64,000 bases of DNA, taken from the NCBI GenBank assembly GCA_016218495.1, contig JACRDU010000120.1, positions 13,578 through 77,577 of the forward strand, read 5' to 3'. The notes beneath the pieces were generated by a model that was not told the DNA's origin, did no database searches, and worked only from the letters and a program-made list of their open reading frames with translations. A program made the position numbers and the translations under genes. Below are positions 30,596-39,746 of this stretch, one piece after another. Position 1 is the stretch's first letter. Every line of letters begins with the position of its first letter. This DNA comes from Elusimicrobiota bacterium. GTDB lineage: Bacteria; Elusimicrobiota; Elusimicrobia; UBA1565.

Positions 30596-31975
30596 ATGAC
30601 CCCCCTCTCCGAACTCCAGCCGGCGCTGCCGGCGCTCTCCCATGCGGCGGCCTTGACCGCGCTGTGCGCGGCCGCCGCCGTCTGCCGCCGCGCCAAGGGC
30701 CCCTCCGTCCTGCCCGCCGCCGTGTCCGCCGCCGGCTGCCTCGCGGCGGCCTGGGCGGCCGCCGCCGCCTCCTCGGCGCAGGGGCCTCTCCTCGACCTCG
30801 ACCCCGCGGCCCGGCTCTGGCAGCTGCTCTTCGGCGCGGCGGCCCTCCTGTTCATCGCGGCCCGCGGCGCCCTGACCTGGCGCGCCGCCGCCCTGCTGTC
30901 GGGCTCCCTGTGCGGGATGTCGCTGCTGGCCGGCGCGCGGAACCTCTTCATGCTCTTCCTCGGCCTGGAGATGATGAGCCTCCCGGTCTACCTGCTCATC
31001 CATGGGCTGCGGCCGGACAAGCGCTCGCTGGAGGCGGCCCTCAAATACTTCTTCACCGGCGCGCTGGCGGCCGGCTTCTTCCTGTTCGGGCTCGCCGCCT
31101 ACTATGCCGGCACCGGGTCGATGACGATCGCGCGCTCGCCGGAGGCCTCGCCGGCGGCGGCCCTGGGGGTCGCCCTCATGGCCGCGGCGGCGCTCTTCAA
31201 GCTCGGGGCGTTCCCGTTCATGTTCTGGCTGCCGGACGCCTATGAGGCCGCGGAGACCGAGCTGACCGCCTTCATGGCCACGGCCGTGAAGGCCGCGGCC
31301 GTCCTGATGCTGATGCGGGTTCTCTCCCTCGGAGCCGGCGCCGTGGAGACCCTCGCCCTGCCGACCTTGGCCGTGCTGACCATGACCTTCGGGAACATCA
31401 TGGCCCTGCGCCAGAAGGACCTGCAGCGCCTGCTGGCCTGGTCGTCGGTGGCCCACGCCGGCTACCTCGTCGCCGCGGTCTGGGCCTGGCGCCGGCTCGG
31501 CGGACCGCCCCATGCCGCGGCCACGGTCTACCTCTACCTGGGCCTCTATCTGGCCGCCAGCGCCGGAGCCTTCCTGGCCCTCAGAGCCTCCGGCGCGCGG
31601 ACCCGGGAGGACCTCCCCGGGCTGGCGGAGAGGGCCCCTCTGGCCGCCGTCCTCCTCGTCGTCCTGCTCCTCTCCCTGGGGGGCGTCCCGCCGACCGGGG
31701 GCTTCACGGCCAAGTTCTTCGTGCTCTGGGACCTCTGGCGGGCGGGCTCCCCGCTGCTGGCCGCCGCGGTGGCCTTCAACAGCCTCGTCGGGCTGGGCTA
31801 TTATGTCGGCCTGGTGCGGGCCATGACCCTCGATGCGGCGCCGGCGGAACCCCGCGGCGAGGGCGCCTGCCCGCGCCTGGGCCTGCGCGCCGCCGTCATC
31901 GTCTGCGCCGGCCTCTCCCTCCTCACCGGAGTCATGCCCGGCCTGCGGGCCGGCCTCGAGGGCCTGCTCAAGTGA
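30596..31975 (+). CDS. nuoN: NADH-quinone oxidoreductase subunit N
   Basis: Starts at MTPLSELQ. 459 aa. FWLPDAYE motif. Its TGA overlaps the nuoA GTG. Confidence 0.88.
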   Translation: MTPLSELQPALPALSHAAALTALCAAAAVCRRAKGPSVLPAAVSAAGCLAAAWAAAAASSAQGPLLDLDPAARLWQLLFGAAALLFIAARGALTWRAAALLSGSLCGMSLLAGARNLFMLFLGLEMMSLPVYLLIHGLRPDKRSLEAALKYFFTGALAAGFFLFGLAAYYAGTGSMTIARSPEASPAAALGVALMAAAALFKLGAFPFMFWLPDAYEAAETELTAFMATAVKAAAVLMLMRVLSLGAGAVETLALPTLAVLTMTFGNIMALRQKDLQRLLAWSSVAHAGYLVAAVWAWRRLGGPPHAAATVYLYLGLYLAASAGAFLALRASGARTREDLPGLAERAPLAAVLLVVLLLSLGGVPPTGGFTAKFFVLWDLWRAGSPLLAAAVAFNSLVGLGYYVGLVRAMTLDAAPAEPRGEGACPRLGLRAAVIVCAGLSLLTGVMPGLRAGLEGLLK

Positions 31976-32322
31976 TCGCCGCCCTCCTCATCAACTTCGC
32001 CGTCTGCGGCGCCGTCGCCGTCATGATGGCCTTCGCCTCCAACGTCCTCGGCCCCCGCCGCGGCGTGGCCGGCGACAAAGGCCTGCCCTTCGAGACCGGG
32101 ATGGTCCCCATCCGCTCCGCCTTCGGACGCATGACGGCCACCTACCACCGCTTCGCCCTGCTGTTCGTCGTCTTCGACGTGGACCTCGCCTTCCTGGTCC
32201 CCTTCGTGCTGCTGCGCCCCGACGCCGGGCCGCTGGAGCTGGCCTCCTTCACCATTTTCATATCGCTGATCGCGCTGACCCTGGCCCTGGTCTGGAGCCG
32301 CGGGGCGCTCAACTGCGATTGA
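31972..32322 (+). CDS. nuoA: NADH-quinone oxidoreductase subunit A
   Basis: 116-aa ND3-like protein with PFETGM and FDVDLAFLVPF. GTG start overlaps the nuoN stop. Confidence 0.85.
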   Translation: MIAALLINFAVCGAVAVMMAFASNVLGPRRGVAGDKGLPFETGMVPIRSAFGRMTATYHRFALLFVVFDVDLAFLVPFVLLRPDAGPLELASFTIFISLIALTLALVWSRGALNCD

Positions 32323-32329
32323 GGGAAGA

Positions 32330-32800
32330 ATGGAACAGGACCTCAGCGCCCCCGGCATCATGACCAGCCAGCTCGACGCGGCCATCGGCTGGGCGAGGAA
32401 ATATTCCATCTTCCAATACCCGTTCGTCACCGCCTGCTGCGGGATGGAGTTCATGTCCGTCGCCTGCTCCCACTACGACATCGACCGCTTCGGCGCCGGC
32501 TTCCCGCGCTTCTCCCCCCGGCAGGCGGACGTGCTGATGGTCGTGGGGACCATCAGCCACAAGATCGCGCCCGTGCTGCGCCGCATCTACGACCAGATGG
32601 CCGCCCCCAAGTGGGTCGTGGCGTTCGGGGTCTGCACCTGCACCGGCGGCTTCTACGACAACTATTCGACCGTGCAGGGCATCGATACCATCCTCCCGGT
32701 GGACCTCTACATCCCCGGCTGCCCGCCGCGCCCGGAGACGGTGCTCGAGGGCCTGATGCTGCTGCAGAAGAAGATCCAGGCCCAAGGGCGGCGGGCATGA
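32330..32800 (+). CDS. nuoB: NADH-quinone oxidoreductase subunit B
   Basis: CCGMEFM, GxCTCTGG and PGCPP Fe-S ligand motifs. Confidence 0.92.
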   Translation: MEQDLSAPGIMTSQLDAAIGWARKYSIFQYPFVTACCGMEFMSVACSHYDIDRFGAGFPRFSPRQADVLMVVGTISHKIAPVLRRIYDQMAAPKWVVAFGVCTCTGGFYDNYSTVQGIDTILPVDLYIPGCPPRPETVLEGLMLLQKKIQAQGRRA

Positions 32801-33378
32801 GCCTCGAGCTCTCCTCCGTCAAGGCGGACCTCGACGCTTTCTGCGGCGCGCCCCTCGCGGCCCGCGGCACGGGCTTCGACACGGTCTGGACGGTCCCGGC
32901 CGCGCAGGCCCACGGCGCCCTCGAGCGCCTGAAGTCCCGGCACGGCTTCAACATGCTCGCCGACCTGACCTGCGTCGATTTACAAGGCTTCGGCAAGGAG
33001 ACCGGCGCTCCCTCTCCGGCGCCCGCGGGGGCGCGCTTCAAGCTGGTCTACCGCCTGAGCGCCCTCGACCCGGCGACCGGGCTGCTGAACGCCCGCCTGG
33101 CGCTCGACGCCTGGGTGGACGGGGACGCCGGCCCGGTCTCGGCCGGGGACCTCTTTCCCTGCGCGGACTGGCTGGAGCGCGAGGTCTGGGACATGTTCGG
33201 CGTGAGCTTCTCCGACCGGCCCGACATCACGCGCATCCTGATGTACCCGGAATTCGTCGGCCACCCGCTGCGCAAGGACTACCCCATCAAGAAGCGCCAG
33301 CCGCTCATCGGCCCTCCGGACGGGCCGCCCCGCGAGCGCCTGACCGAGGCCGACCTCCGCCCGAGGATCGTGGAATGA
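32797..33378 (+). CDS. nuoC: NADH-quinone oxidoreductase subunit C
   Basis: 193 aa, 30-kDa subunit-like (EREVWDMFGV). ATGA overlaps at both ends. Confidence 0.85.
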   Translation: MSLELSSVKADLDAFCGAPLAARGTGFDTVWTVPAAQAHGALERLKSRHGFNMLADLTCVDLQGFGKETGAPSPAPAGARFKLVYRLSALDPATGLLNARLALDAWVDGDAGPVSAGDLFPCADWLEREVWDMFGVSFSDRPDITRILMYPEFVGHPLRKDYPIKKRQPLIGPPDGPPRERLTEADLRPRIVE

Positions 33379-34697
33379 AGGCGCACGAATCCCGCTCCTA
33401 CATGCTGAACATGGGCCCGGCCCACCCCGCCATGCACGGGGTCATCCGGCTCCTCCTCATGCTCGAGGGGGAGCACGTCCTTGACGCCGAGGCCGAGATC
33501 GGCTACCTGCACCGCGCCTTCGAGAAGCACGCCGAGAACGACCCTTGGAACAACGTCGTGCCCTGGACGGACCGGCTCAACTACGTCTCCCCCCTCATCA
33601 ACAACTCCGGCTACTGCATGGCCGTCGAGAAGCTGGCGGGGATCGCCATCCCCGAACGGGCACAGTACCTGCGCGTCATCTCGTCGGAGGTCTCGCGCAT
33701 CACGGACCATCTGACCTGCGTCGGAGCCAACGCCATGGAGCTCGGCTCCTTCACCGCGTTCCTATACCTCCTGCAGGCGCGCGAAGAGCTCTACCGCTGC
33801 GTCGACAGGCTGACCGGCGCGCGCGTGACCACGAGCTATACCCGCGTCGGCGGGGTCAAGGGCGACATGCCCGCCGATTGGCCTGACATGGTCCGCAAGG
33901 CCTTCGAGAAGGTCCGTTCCACCGTCAAGGACGCCGACGGCCTCCTGACCAAGAACCGCATCTTCGTGGACCGCACGCGCGGCACCGGGGTCCTCTCCAA
34001 GGAGAAGGCCCTGGCGTACGGCATCACCGGGCCCATGCTGCGCTCCGCCGGCGTCCCCTACGATGTCCGGCGCGCCCAGCCCTACCTGGTCTACGACCGG
34101 CTCGACTTCGAAGTCCCCGTCGGCGAGACCGGAGACAACTACGACCGCTACCTCGTACGCCTGGCCGAGATCGACCAGTCGATGCGCATCGTGGAGCAAT
34201 GCTTCGCGCAGATCCCCGCCGGGCCCATCCAGTCCCCGGACCAGGCCCTGCCGGGGTCCAAGATGTCGGACCTGGGCAAGCGCGGGATGACCGCCGACCT
34301 GCTCAAGGCCAAGGCCGACGTGGACCCCACCCTCGAGGGCGGCGCGCGCTGCGGCCGCGATTCGGTGATGGCCCCCGTCCCGGACGCCACCCTGCCGCCC
34401 AAGGAAGAGACCTACGGCTCCATCGAAGGGCTGATGCGCCACTTCGAGATCATCATGTGGGGCCGCGGCATCACCCCCCCGGCGGGCGAGGCCTACCAGG
34501 CCGTGGAGGGCGGCAACGGCGAACTGGGCTTCCACGTCGTCTCGGACGGCCGCGACCGCGCCTGGCGGGTCCGCGTGCGCCCGCCCTGCTTCTTCAACAT
34601 GGCCGGCCTTCACGAGCTCCTCAAGGGCGCCCTGGTCGCCGACATCATCGCCACCTTCGGCTCCATCAACATGATCGCGGGGGAACTCGACCGATGA
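33375..34697 (+). CDS. nuoD: NADH-quinone oxidoreductase subunit D (with an internal ~30-aa insertion)
   Basis: 440-aa 49-kDa subunit. N-terminal NMGPAHPAMHGVIRL motif. Confidence 0.9.
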   Translation: MKAHESRSYMLNMGPAHPAMHGVIRLLLMLEGEHVLDAEAEIGYLHRAFEKHAENDPWNNVVPWTDRLNYVSPLINNSGYCMAVEKLAGIAIPERAQYLRVISSEVSRITDHLTCVGANAMELGSFTAFLYLLQAREELYRCVDRLTGARVTTSYTRVGGVKGDMPADWPDMVRKAFEKVRSTVKDADGLLTKNRIFVDRTRGTGVLSKEKALAYGITGPMLRSAGVPYDVRRAQPYLVYDRLDFEVPVGETGDNYDRYLVRLAEIDQSMRIVEQCFAQIPAGPIQSPDQALPGSKMSDLGKRGMTADLLKAKADVDPTLEGGARCGRDSVMAPVPDATLPPKEETYGSIEGLMRHFEIIMWGRGITPPAGEAYQAVEGGNGELGFHVVSDGRDRAWRVRVRPPCFFNMAGLHELLKGALVADIIATFGSINMIAGELDR

Positions 34698-36475
34698 CCC
34701 AGCCCGCCGTCGCCCTGAAGACCGCCGGCCCCTTCACCCCCGAGCAGGCCGCACGGCTCGAATCCTGGACGCGCCGCTACCCGGAGCCCGTGATGGGCCT
34801 CATAGAAGCCCTGCGAGAGATCCAGGACTGGCACGGGGAGGTCACCCTCGCCGACATGGACCACGCGGCCAAGCTCTTCGCCGTCACCCACCACCGGGTC
34901 CGTGAGATCGTCACCTTCTACCCCTTCTTCTCGCACGAGAAGTCGGGGAAATTCCGGGTCGCCGTCTGCCGGAACCTCTCCTGCCACCTCGGCGGCGCGC
35001 CCTCGGTCATCAAGCGCCTCGAAGAGGCCCTGGGCGTCCCGGAAGGGAAAGCCACCGCCGACGGCCTCTTCTCCTGGGAGGCCTCCGAGTGCCTGGGCGC
35101 CTGCGACCAGGCTCCCGCCTTCGCCGTCAACGATGAGCTCCTGGGCACGGCGACCCCGGCCGCCCTGGACGCGGCCCTGGGCTCCTGCCGCTCGGGCAAG
35201 GCGCCCGTCGCCCCCGCCAGCGCGGCGCCCGCCGCCCCGGCGTACCCGAAGGCCTGGCTGACCAAGGACTTCGCCGAGCCCGCTCTGCACACCTTGCCGG
35301 TTTTCCGCCGCTTCGGCGGCTACAACGCCTGGCAGAAGGCCCGGGCGATGAGCCCGGCCGACATCACCGCCGAGGTCAAGAAATCCAACCTGCGCGGCCT
35401 GGGCGGGGCCGGCTTCCCGGTCGGGATGAAATGGGAGACCGTGCCGCCCAAGTCCAAGCGCGACTGCCCCCATGTCGTCGTCGCCAACGCCGACGAGTCC
35501 GAGCCGGGCTGCTTCAAGGACCGGGTGCTGATGGAGCGCAATCCCCACGCCCTCATCGAGGGCCTGCAGATCACCGCCCGGGCCGTCGACGCGGACTACG
35601 TCTACATCTTCCTGCGCGGCGAGTACGCGCGCCAGAAGCGCATCCTGGAGGCGGCCGTCGCCGAGGCCAAGGCGGCGGGCCTGCTCGACAAGGACGTCCT
35701 GGTGATGCAGGGCGCCAACGCCTATATCTCCGGCTGCGACACGGCGCTGCTCGAGACGATGGAGGGCAAGAAGGCCTGGCCGCGCCAGCCCCCGCCCTTC
35801 CCCACCGGCTCGGGGCTGATGGGCTGGCCCACCGTGGTGAACAACGTCGAGACCCTGATGATGGTGGCCCAGGTCCTGGGGGTCGGCGGCGACGCTTTCG
35901 CTGCGGCCGGCGTCCCCAAGAGCGGCGGCACGCGCTGCTTCTCCGTCAGCGGGCACGTCGAGCGCCCCGGCGTCTACGAATTCCCCCTGGGAACCCCGAT
36001 CGAAGACCTGCTGGCCGCGGCCGGCGGGATGAAGGGCGGCCGCACGCTCAAGGCCGTCATCCCCGGCGGGACCTCGACCCCGGTGCTCACGGCGGAGGAG
36101 GCCAAGGGCCTCAAGATGGACTTCGACAGCCTGCGCGGGAAGGGCTCCTTCCTCGGGGCCGGCGGCGTCATCTTCCTCGACGACAGCGTCGACATGGTGG
36201 ATGTCCTGCACATCATCGAACGCTTCCTTTGGGTTGAATCCTGCGGGCAGTGCACCCCGTGCCGCGAAGGTTCCGGCTGGGCCACCCGCATCCTCGAGCG
36301 CATCAAGGGCGGGGCCGTGGTCGCTTCGGACCCGGATAACCTCGTGCGCCTCGGGGAGAACGTCACCGGGAAAGTCATCTGCGCCCTGGGCGACACCGTA
36401 GGCATGGTGGCGGTGGCCATGGTCAAGAAGTTCCGCGCGGACTTCGAACGCAGGCTGGAGAAGCCCCGTGGCTAA
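34694..36475 (+). CDS. nuoEF: fused NADH-quinone oxidoreductase subunits E and F (single 593-aa ORF)
   Basis: The N-terminal ~160 aa carry the 2Fe-2S ligands of NuoE (CRNLSC...ECLGAC). An Ala/Pro linker follows. The C-terminal NuoF has GLGGAGFP (FMN) and ESCGQCTPCREG (4Fe-4S). No stop or frameshift separates them. Confidence 0.85.
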   Translation: MTQPAVALKTAGPFTPEQAARLESWTRRYPEPVMGLIEALREIQDWHGEVTLADMDHAAKLFAVTHHRVREIVTFYPFFSHEKSGKFRVAVCRNLSCHLGGAPSVIKRLEEALGVPEGKATADGLFSWEASECLGACDQAPAFAVNDELLGTATPAALDAALGSCRSGKAPVAPASAAPAAPAYPKAWLTKDFAEPALHTLPVFRRFGGYNAWQKARAMSPADITAEVKKSNLRGLGGAGFPVGMKWETVPPKSKRDCPHVVVANADESEPGCFKDRVLMERNPHALIEGLQITARAVDADYVYIFLRGEYARQKRILEAAVAEAKAAGLLDKDVLVMQGANAYISGCDTALLETMEGKKAWPRQPPPFPTGSGLMGWPTVVNNVETLMMVAQVLGVGGDAFAAAGVPKSGGTRCFSVSGHVERPGVYEFPLGTPIEDLLAAAGGMKGGRTLKAVIPGGTSTPVLTAEEAKGLKMDFDSLRGKGSFLGAGGVIFLDDSVDMVDVLHIIERFLWVESCGQCTPCREGSGWATRILERIKGGAVVASDPDNLVRLGENVTGKVICALGDTVGMVAVAMVKKFRADFERRLEKPRG

Positions 36476-38060
36476 GCTCGTCAAGTTCAACCTCGACGGC
36501 CGGGAGATCGAAGCGCCGGAAGGCCAGCTCGTCATCGAGGCCGCCAAGGACGTCGGCATCGAGGTCCCGCATTACTGCTATCACCCGGGCCTCGGGAATC
36601 CCGGCGTCTGCCGCCTCTGCGTCTGCGAGGTGGAGGGCGCGCCGAAGCCCCAGATGTCCTGCCGCACCGCCGTCCGGGAGGGCATGAAGGTCCGCACCGA
36701 TTCCCCCGTCGCCCGCCGCGCCCAGGCCGCGTCGCTCGAGTTCCATCTGGCGAACCACCCGCTCGACTGCCCGGTCTGCGACCAGGCCGGGGAATGCCAC
36801 CTCCAGGACTACTACCAGGGCTACGGCCTCTACAAGTCCAGCGTGCGCGAGGACAAGCGCCACAAGCAGAAGCGCAAGGACATCGGCCGGGCCGTCATGC
36901 TCGACCAGGAGCGCTGCATCCAGTGCACCCGCTGCGTGCGCTTCACCGACGAGGTCTCCAAGACCCACGAGCTGGGCGTCTTCGGACGGGGAGACCGCTC
37001 CGTCCTCGACGTCTACCCCGGGATGCGCCTCGACAACCCCTATTCCGGGAACGTGGTCGACATCTGCCCCGTCGGCGCCCTGACCGACAAGGACTTCCGC
37101 TTCTCCGTGCGGGCCTGGTACCTGGACAAGACCCCGTCGCTCTGCACCGGCTGCGCGCGGGTCTGCTCCATCGAGGTCCACACCAACACCCGCCGCCCCT
37201 GGCACACCGACGGCCGCCGGGTGGCCCGCTACAAGCCGCGCTACAACACCGAGGTCAACCGCTGGTGGATTTGCGACGAGGGGCGCTATTCGTACAAATC
37301 GGCCGACTCCCCGACCCGGCTCAAGGCGTCCTCCACGCTCGGCGCCGACGGGCATGCCGTGCAGGTCGCCCCGGCCGACGCGGCCGCGCGCCTCGGAAGC
37401 GAGCTCGGGCGGCACATCTCGGAACGCGGCGCCGACGGCTTCGCCTTCATCCTGAGCGGGACCCTCTCTTGTGAAGACCTCTTCGCGGCCAAGCAGCTCA
37501 TTTCCCGTTTAGGAGTCCCCGCCTCCAACATCGTCCTGGCCCCGGCTCCTGAACAGCTGGGGGAGCAAGACGACATTCTGCGCCGCGCGGAGAAGGTCCC
37601 GAACCTCTATGGCGCGACCGCGCTGGGATTCGACGTTTCCCGCTCCCTCGATCGGCTCAAGGCCCCCCTCTGGGGCGCCTGGGTCGTCGACCGCGAGGCG
37701 CCCGCCGCGTTCAAGGGGCTCCCCTTCACGGTCTGGCAGGGCCCCAACGCCGTGCGCTTCACCTCCGAGGCCCGCTGGGTGCTGGCGGCCTCGCACACCG
37801 TCGAGGAGAAGGCCACCTACGCCAACTTCCAGGGAAGGCTCCAGCGCGCGAACCGCGCCGTTGAGTCGCTGGGTGAATCCCAGCCCGATTGGGCCTGGTT
37901 CGGGGCCGTGCTGCGCGCAATGGGCGGCGACTTCCCCCACCAATGCGCCGGCTCCGTCTTCAAAGCCATGTCGGCGGCCGAGCCGGCCTTCCACGGGCTC
38001 TCCTTCGACCTGCCGGCCGAGGGCGCGCCGCTGGTTGCCGCCGAGGAGGCAGTCCGGTGA
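36468..38060 (+). CDS. nuoG: NADH-quinone oxidoreductase subunit G (short form, 530 aa)
   Basis: GTG start. N-terminal 2Fe-2S and 4Fe-4S Cys clusters (CYHPGLGNPGVCRLC, HPLDCPVCDQAGEC, CIQCTRCVRF). Confidence 0.88.
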   Translation: MAKLVKFNLDGREIEAPEGQLVIEAAKDVGIEVPHYCYHPGLGNPGVCRLCVCEVEGAPKPQMSCRTAVREGMKVRTDSPVARRAQAASLEFHLANHPLDCPVCDQAGECHLQDYYQGYGLYKSSVREDKRHKQKRKDIGRAVMLDQERCIQCTRCVRFTDEVSKTHELGVFGRGDRSVLDVYPGMRLDNPYSGNVVDICPVGALTDKDFRFSVRAWYLDKTPSLCTGCARVCSIEVHTNTRRPWHTDGRRVARYKPRYNTEVNRWWICDEGRYSYKSADSPTRLKASSTLGADGHAVQVAPADAAARLGSELGRHISERGADGFAFILSGTLSCEDLFAAKQLISRLGVPASNIVLAPAPEQLGEQDDILRRAEKVPNLYGATALGFDVSRSLDRLKAPLWGAWVVDREAPAAFKGLPFTVWQGPNAVRFTSEARWVLAASHTVEEKATYANFQGRLQRANRAVESLGESQPDWAWFGAVLRAMGGDFPHQCAGSVFKAMSAAEPAFHGLSFDLPAEGAPLVAAEEAVR

Positions 38061-39130
38061 GCTGCTGCGTCACCCCTCCCGCCTGGCAGGGCTGGCTCTG
38101 GTCCGGCGCCCTCATCTTCGCCGCGGTCAACTTCGGCCTGGGCGTGGCGGCCTTCCTGAGCTGGGTCGAGCGCAAGCAGAGCGCCTTGCTGCAGGACCGC
38201 ATCGGCGCCAACCGGGCCGAGATCTTCGGCTTCCGGGCCCTGGGCCTGTTCCACATCTTCTCCGACGCCATCAAGATGCTGACCAAGGAGGATTTCGCCC
38301 CGCCCGCCGGGCTGCGCCCCTGGCATTCCTTGGCCCCCATCGTGAGCATGGGCTGCGCCGCCCTGTGCCTGGCCGCGCTGCCTTTCGGAGACTCCGTGGA
38401 GTTCCTCGGCCGCTCCTGGAGCCTGACGCCGCTCCCCCTCGAATACGGCGTCGTCTTCGTCCTGGCCCTCCTGTCCATCGGGGTGCACGGGGTGGTGATG
38501 GCCGGCCGGTCCTCGGGCTCCAACTACGGCCTCCTGGGCGGGCTGCGCGGCGCCGCCCAGATGATCTCCTACGAGGTGGCCATGCTGGCCATCCTGGCCG
38601 CCCCCCTCTACATCTACGGGACCCTCGACCTCTCCGAAATCGCCCGCTGGCAGGCCCGGACCTGGCACGGGATCCCGATGTGGGGAATCTTCCTGCAGCC
38701 GTTGGCCTTCATCCTCTTCATGACGGCCGGCGCGGCCGAGACCAAACGCGCGCCCTTCGACCTCCCGGAAGGCGAAGCCGAGATCGTCGGCTATTTCGTG
38801 GAGTATTCCGGCATGAAGTTCGGCATGTTCCTCACCACCGATTTCATCGAATCCATCGTGCTGGCCGGCATGGCGACGACCTTGTTCCTTGGCGGCTGGC
38901 ACGTCCCCGGCCTCTCGGCCCTGGGCCTGCCCTCGCTCGTCGCGGCCCTGCTGGGCGTGGGGGCCTTCATCCTCAAGGTGATGACGGTGCTCTGGGTCCT
39001 GATGCAGGTGCGCTGGACCCTGCCGCGCTTCCGCTTCGACCAATTGTTGGACCTGGGCTGGAAGAACATCCTGCCCCTGGCCCTGGCGAACCTGCTCGTC
39101 ACCGTCTGGGCGGCGGCCCTGCTCTCATGA
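38057..39130 (+). CDS. nuoH: NADH-quinone oxidoreductase subunit H
   Basis: GTGA-coupled to nuoG. ND1-like polytopic protein with PFDLPEGEAEIVGY and YSGMKF motifs. Confidence 0.88.
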   Translation: MSCCVTPPAWQGWLWSGALIFAAVNFGLGVAAFLSWVERKQSALLQDRIGANRAEIFGFRALGLFHIFSDAIKMLTKEDFAPPAGLRPWHSLAPIVSMGCAALCLAALPFGDSVEFLGRSWSLTPLPLEYGVVFVLALLSIGVHGVVMAGRSSGSNYGLLGGLRGAAQMISYEVAMLAILAAPLYIYGTLDLSEIARWQARTWHGIPMWGIFLQPLAFILFMTAGAAETKRAPFDLPEGEAEIVGYFVEYSGMKFGMFLTTDFIESIVLAGMATTLFLGGWHVPGLSALGLPSLVAALLGVGAFILKVMTVLWVLMQVRWTLPRFRFDQLLDLGWKNILPLALANLLVTVWAAALLS

Positions 39131-39705
39131 ACCCTGTCCTCGACAAGCACCGCGTCAAGACGGTCGTCCGGCCCGAGATGCGCTTCCAGGAGCAGGTCTA
39201 CCTCATCGAGGTCTGGAAGGGGCTCCTCATCACCTCGCGCCACTTCTTCGTCAACCTGTGGCGCCATTGCATGAAGGCGTTGGGCCAGGACGCCGCCGCC
39301 GCCTCGGTGACGACGCAGTACCCCGAAGACCCCCAGGTGACGGCGCACCGTTCGCGCACCCGCCACCGCCTGCTCAAGCGCGAGGACGGGACGCCGCGCT
39401 GCGTGGCCTGCATGCTCTGCGAGACGGTCTGCCCGGCCAAGTGCATCTACATCAAGGCCGAAGAGAGCCCGGACGTGATGATCGAGAAGCGGGCCAAGAC
39501 CTTCAAGATCGACCTGGGGATGTGCGTGTTCTGCGGCTACTGCGTGGAGGCCTGCCCCGAGGACGCCATTCGGATGGACACCCAGTACATCCAGTTCCCG
39601 GGCTCGACCCGGGCGGACCTCATCTGGGACATGCCGGAACTGATGGGCGACAGGCCGAAGATTCCTTCGCTCACCCCGTCGAAGGACCCGCTAAGCCGGC
39701 CGTAA
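39127..39705 (+). CDS. nuoI: NADH-quinone oxidoreductase subunit I
   Basis: Two 4Fe-4S ferredoxin motifs (CVACMLCETVCP, CVFCGYCVEACP). ATGA overlap with nuoH. Confidence 0.9.
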   Translation: MNPVLDKHRVKTVVRPEMRFQEQVYLIEVWKGLLITSRHFFVNLWRHCMKALGQDAAAASVTTQYPEDPQVTAHRSRTRHRLLKREDGTPRCVACMLCETVCPAKCIYIKAEESPDVMIEKRAKTFKIDLGMCVFCGYCVEACPEDAIRMDTQYIQFPGSTRADLIWDMPELMGDRPKIPSLTPSKDPLSRP

Positions 39706-39718
39706 AAGGTCTTGCGGA

Positions 39719-39744
39719 GGGAAGTTTATCATGATAAACTTCCC
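39719..39744. promoter_or_regulatory. 26-bp AT-rich perfect palindrome GGGAAGTTTATCA|TGATAAACTTCCC between the nuoI stop and the DUF4143 ATPase start
   Basis: Perfect inverted repeat read directly, ending 3 nt before the ATG at 39747. Could be a nuo terminator hairpin, or an operator or integration scar. Confidence 0.5.
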
Positions 39745-39746
39745 TT

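Noticed and set aside
39719-39744. Palindrome as an inverted-repeat terminus of an IS or MITE
   Set aside because: No second copy or matching terminal repeat was found elsewhere in the window, and there is no transposase. It is kept only as a regulatory or terminator candidate.
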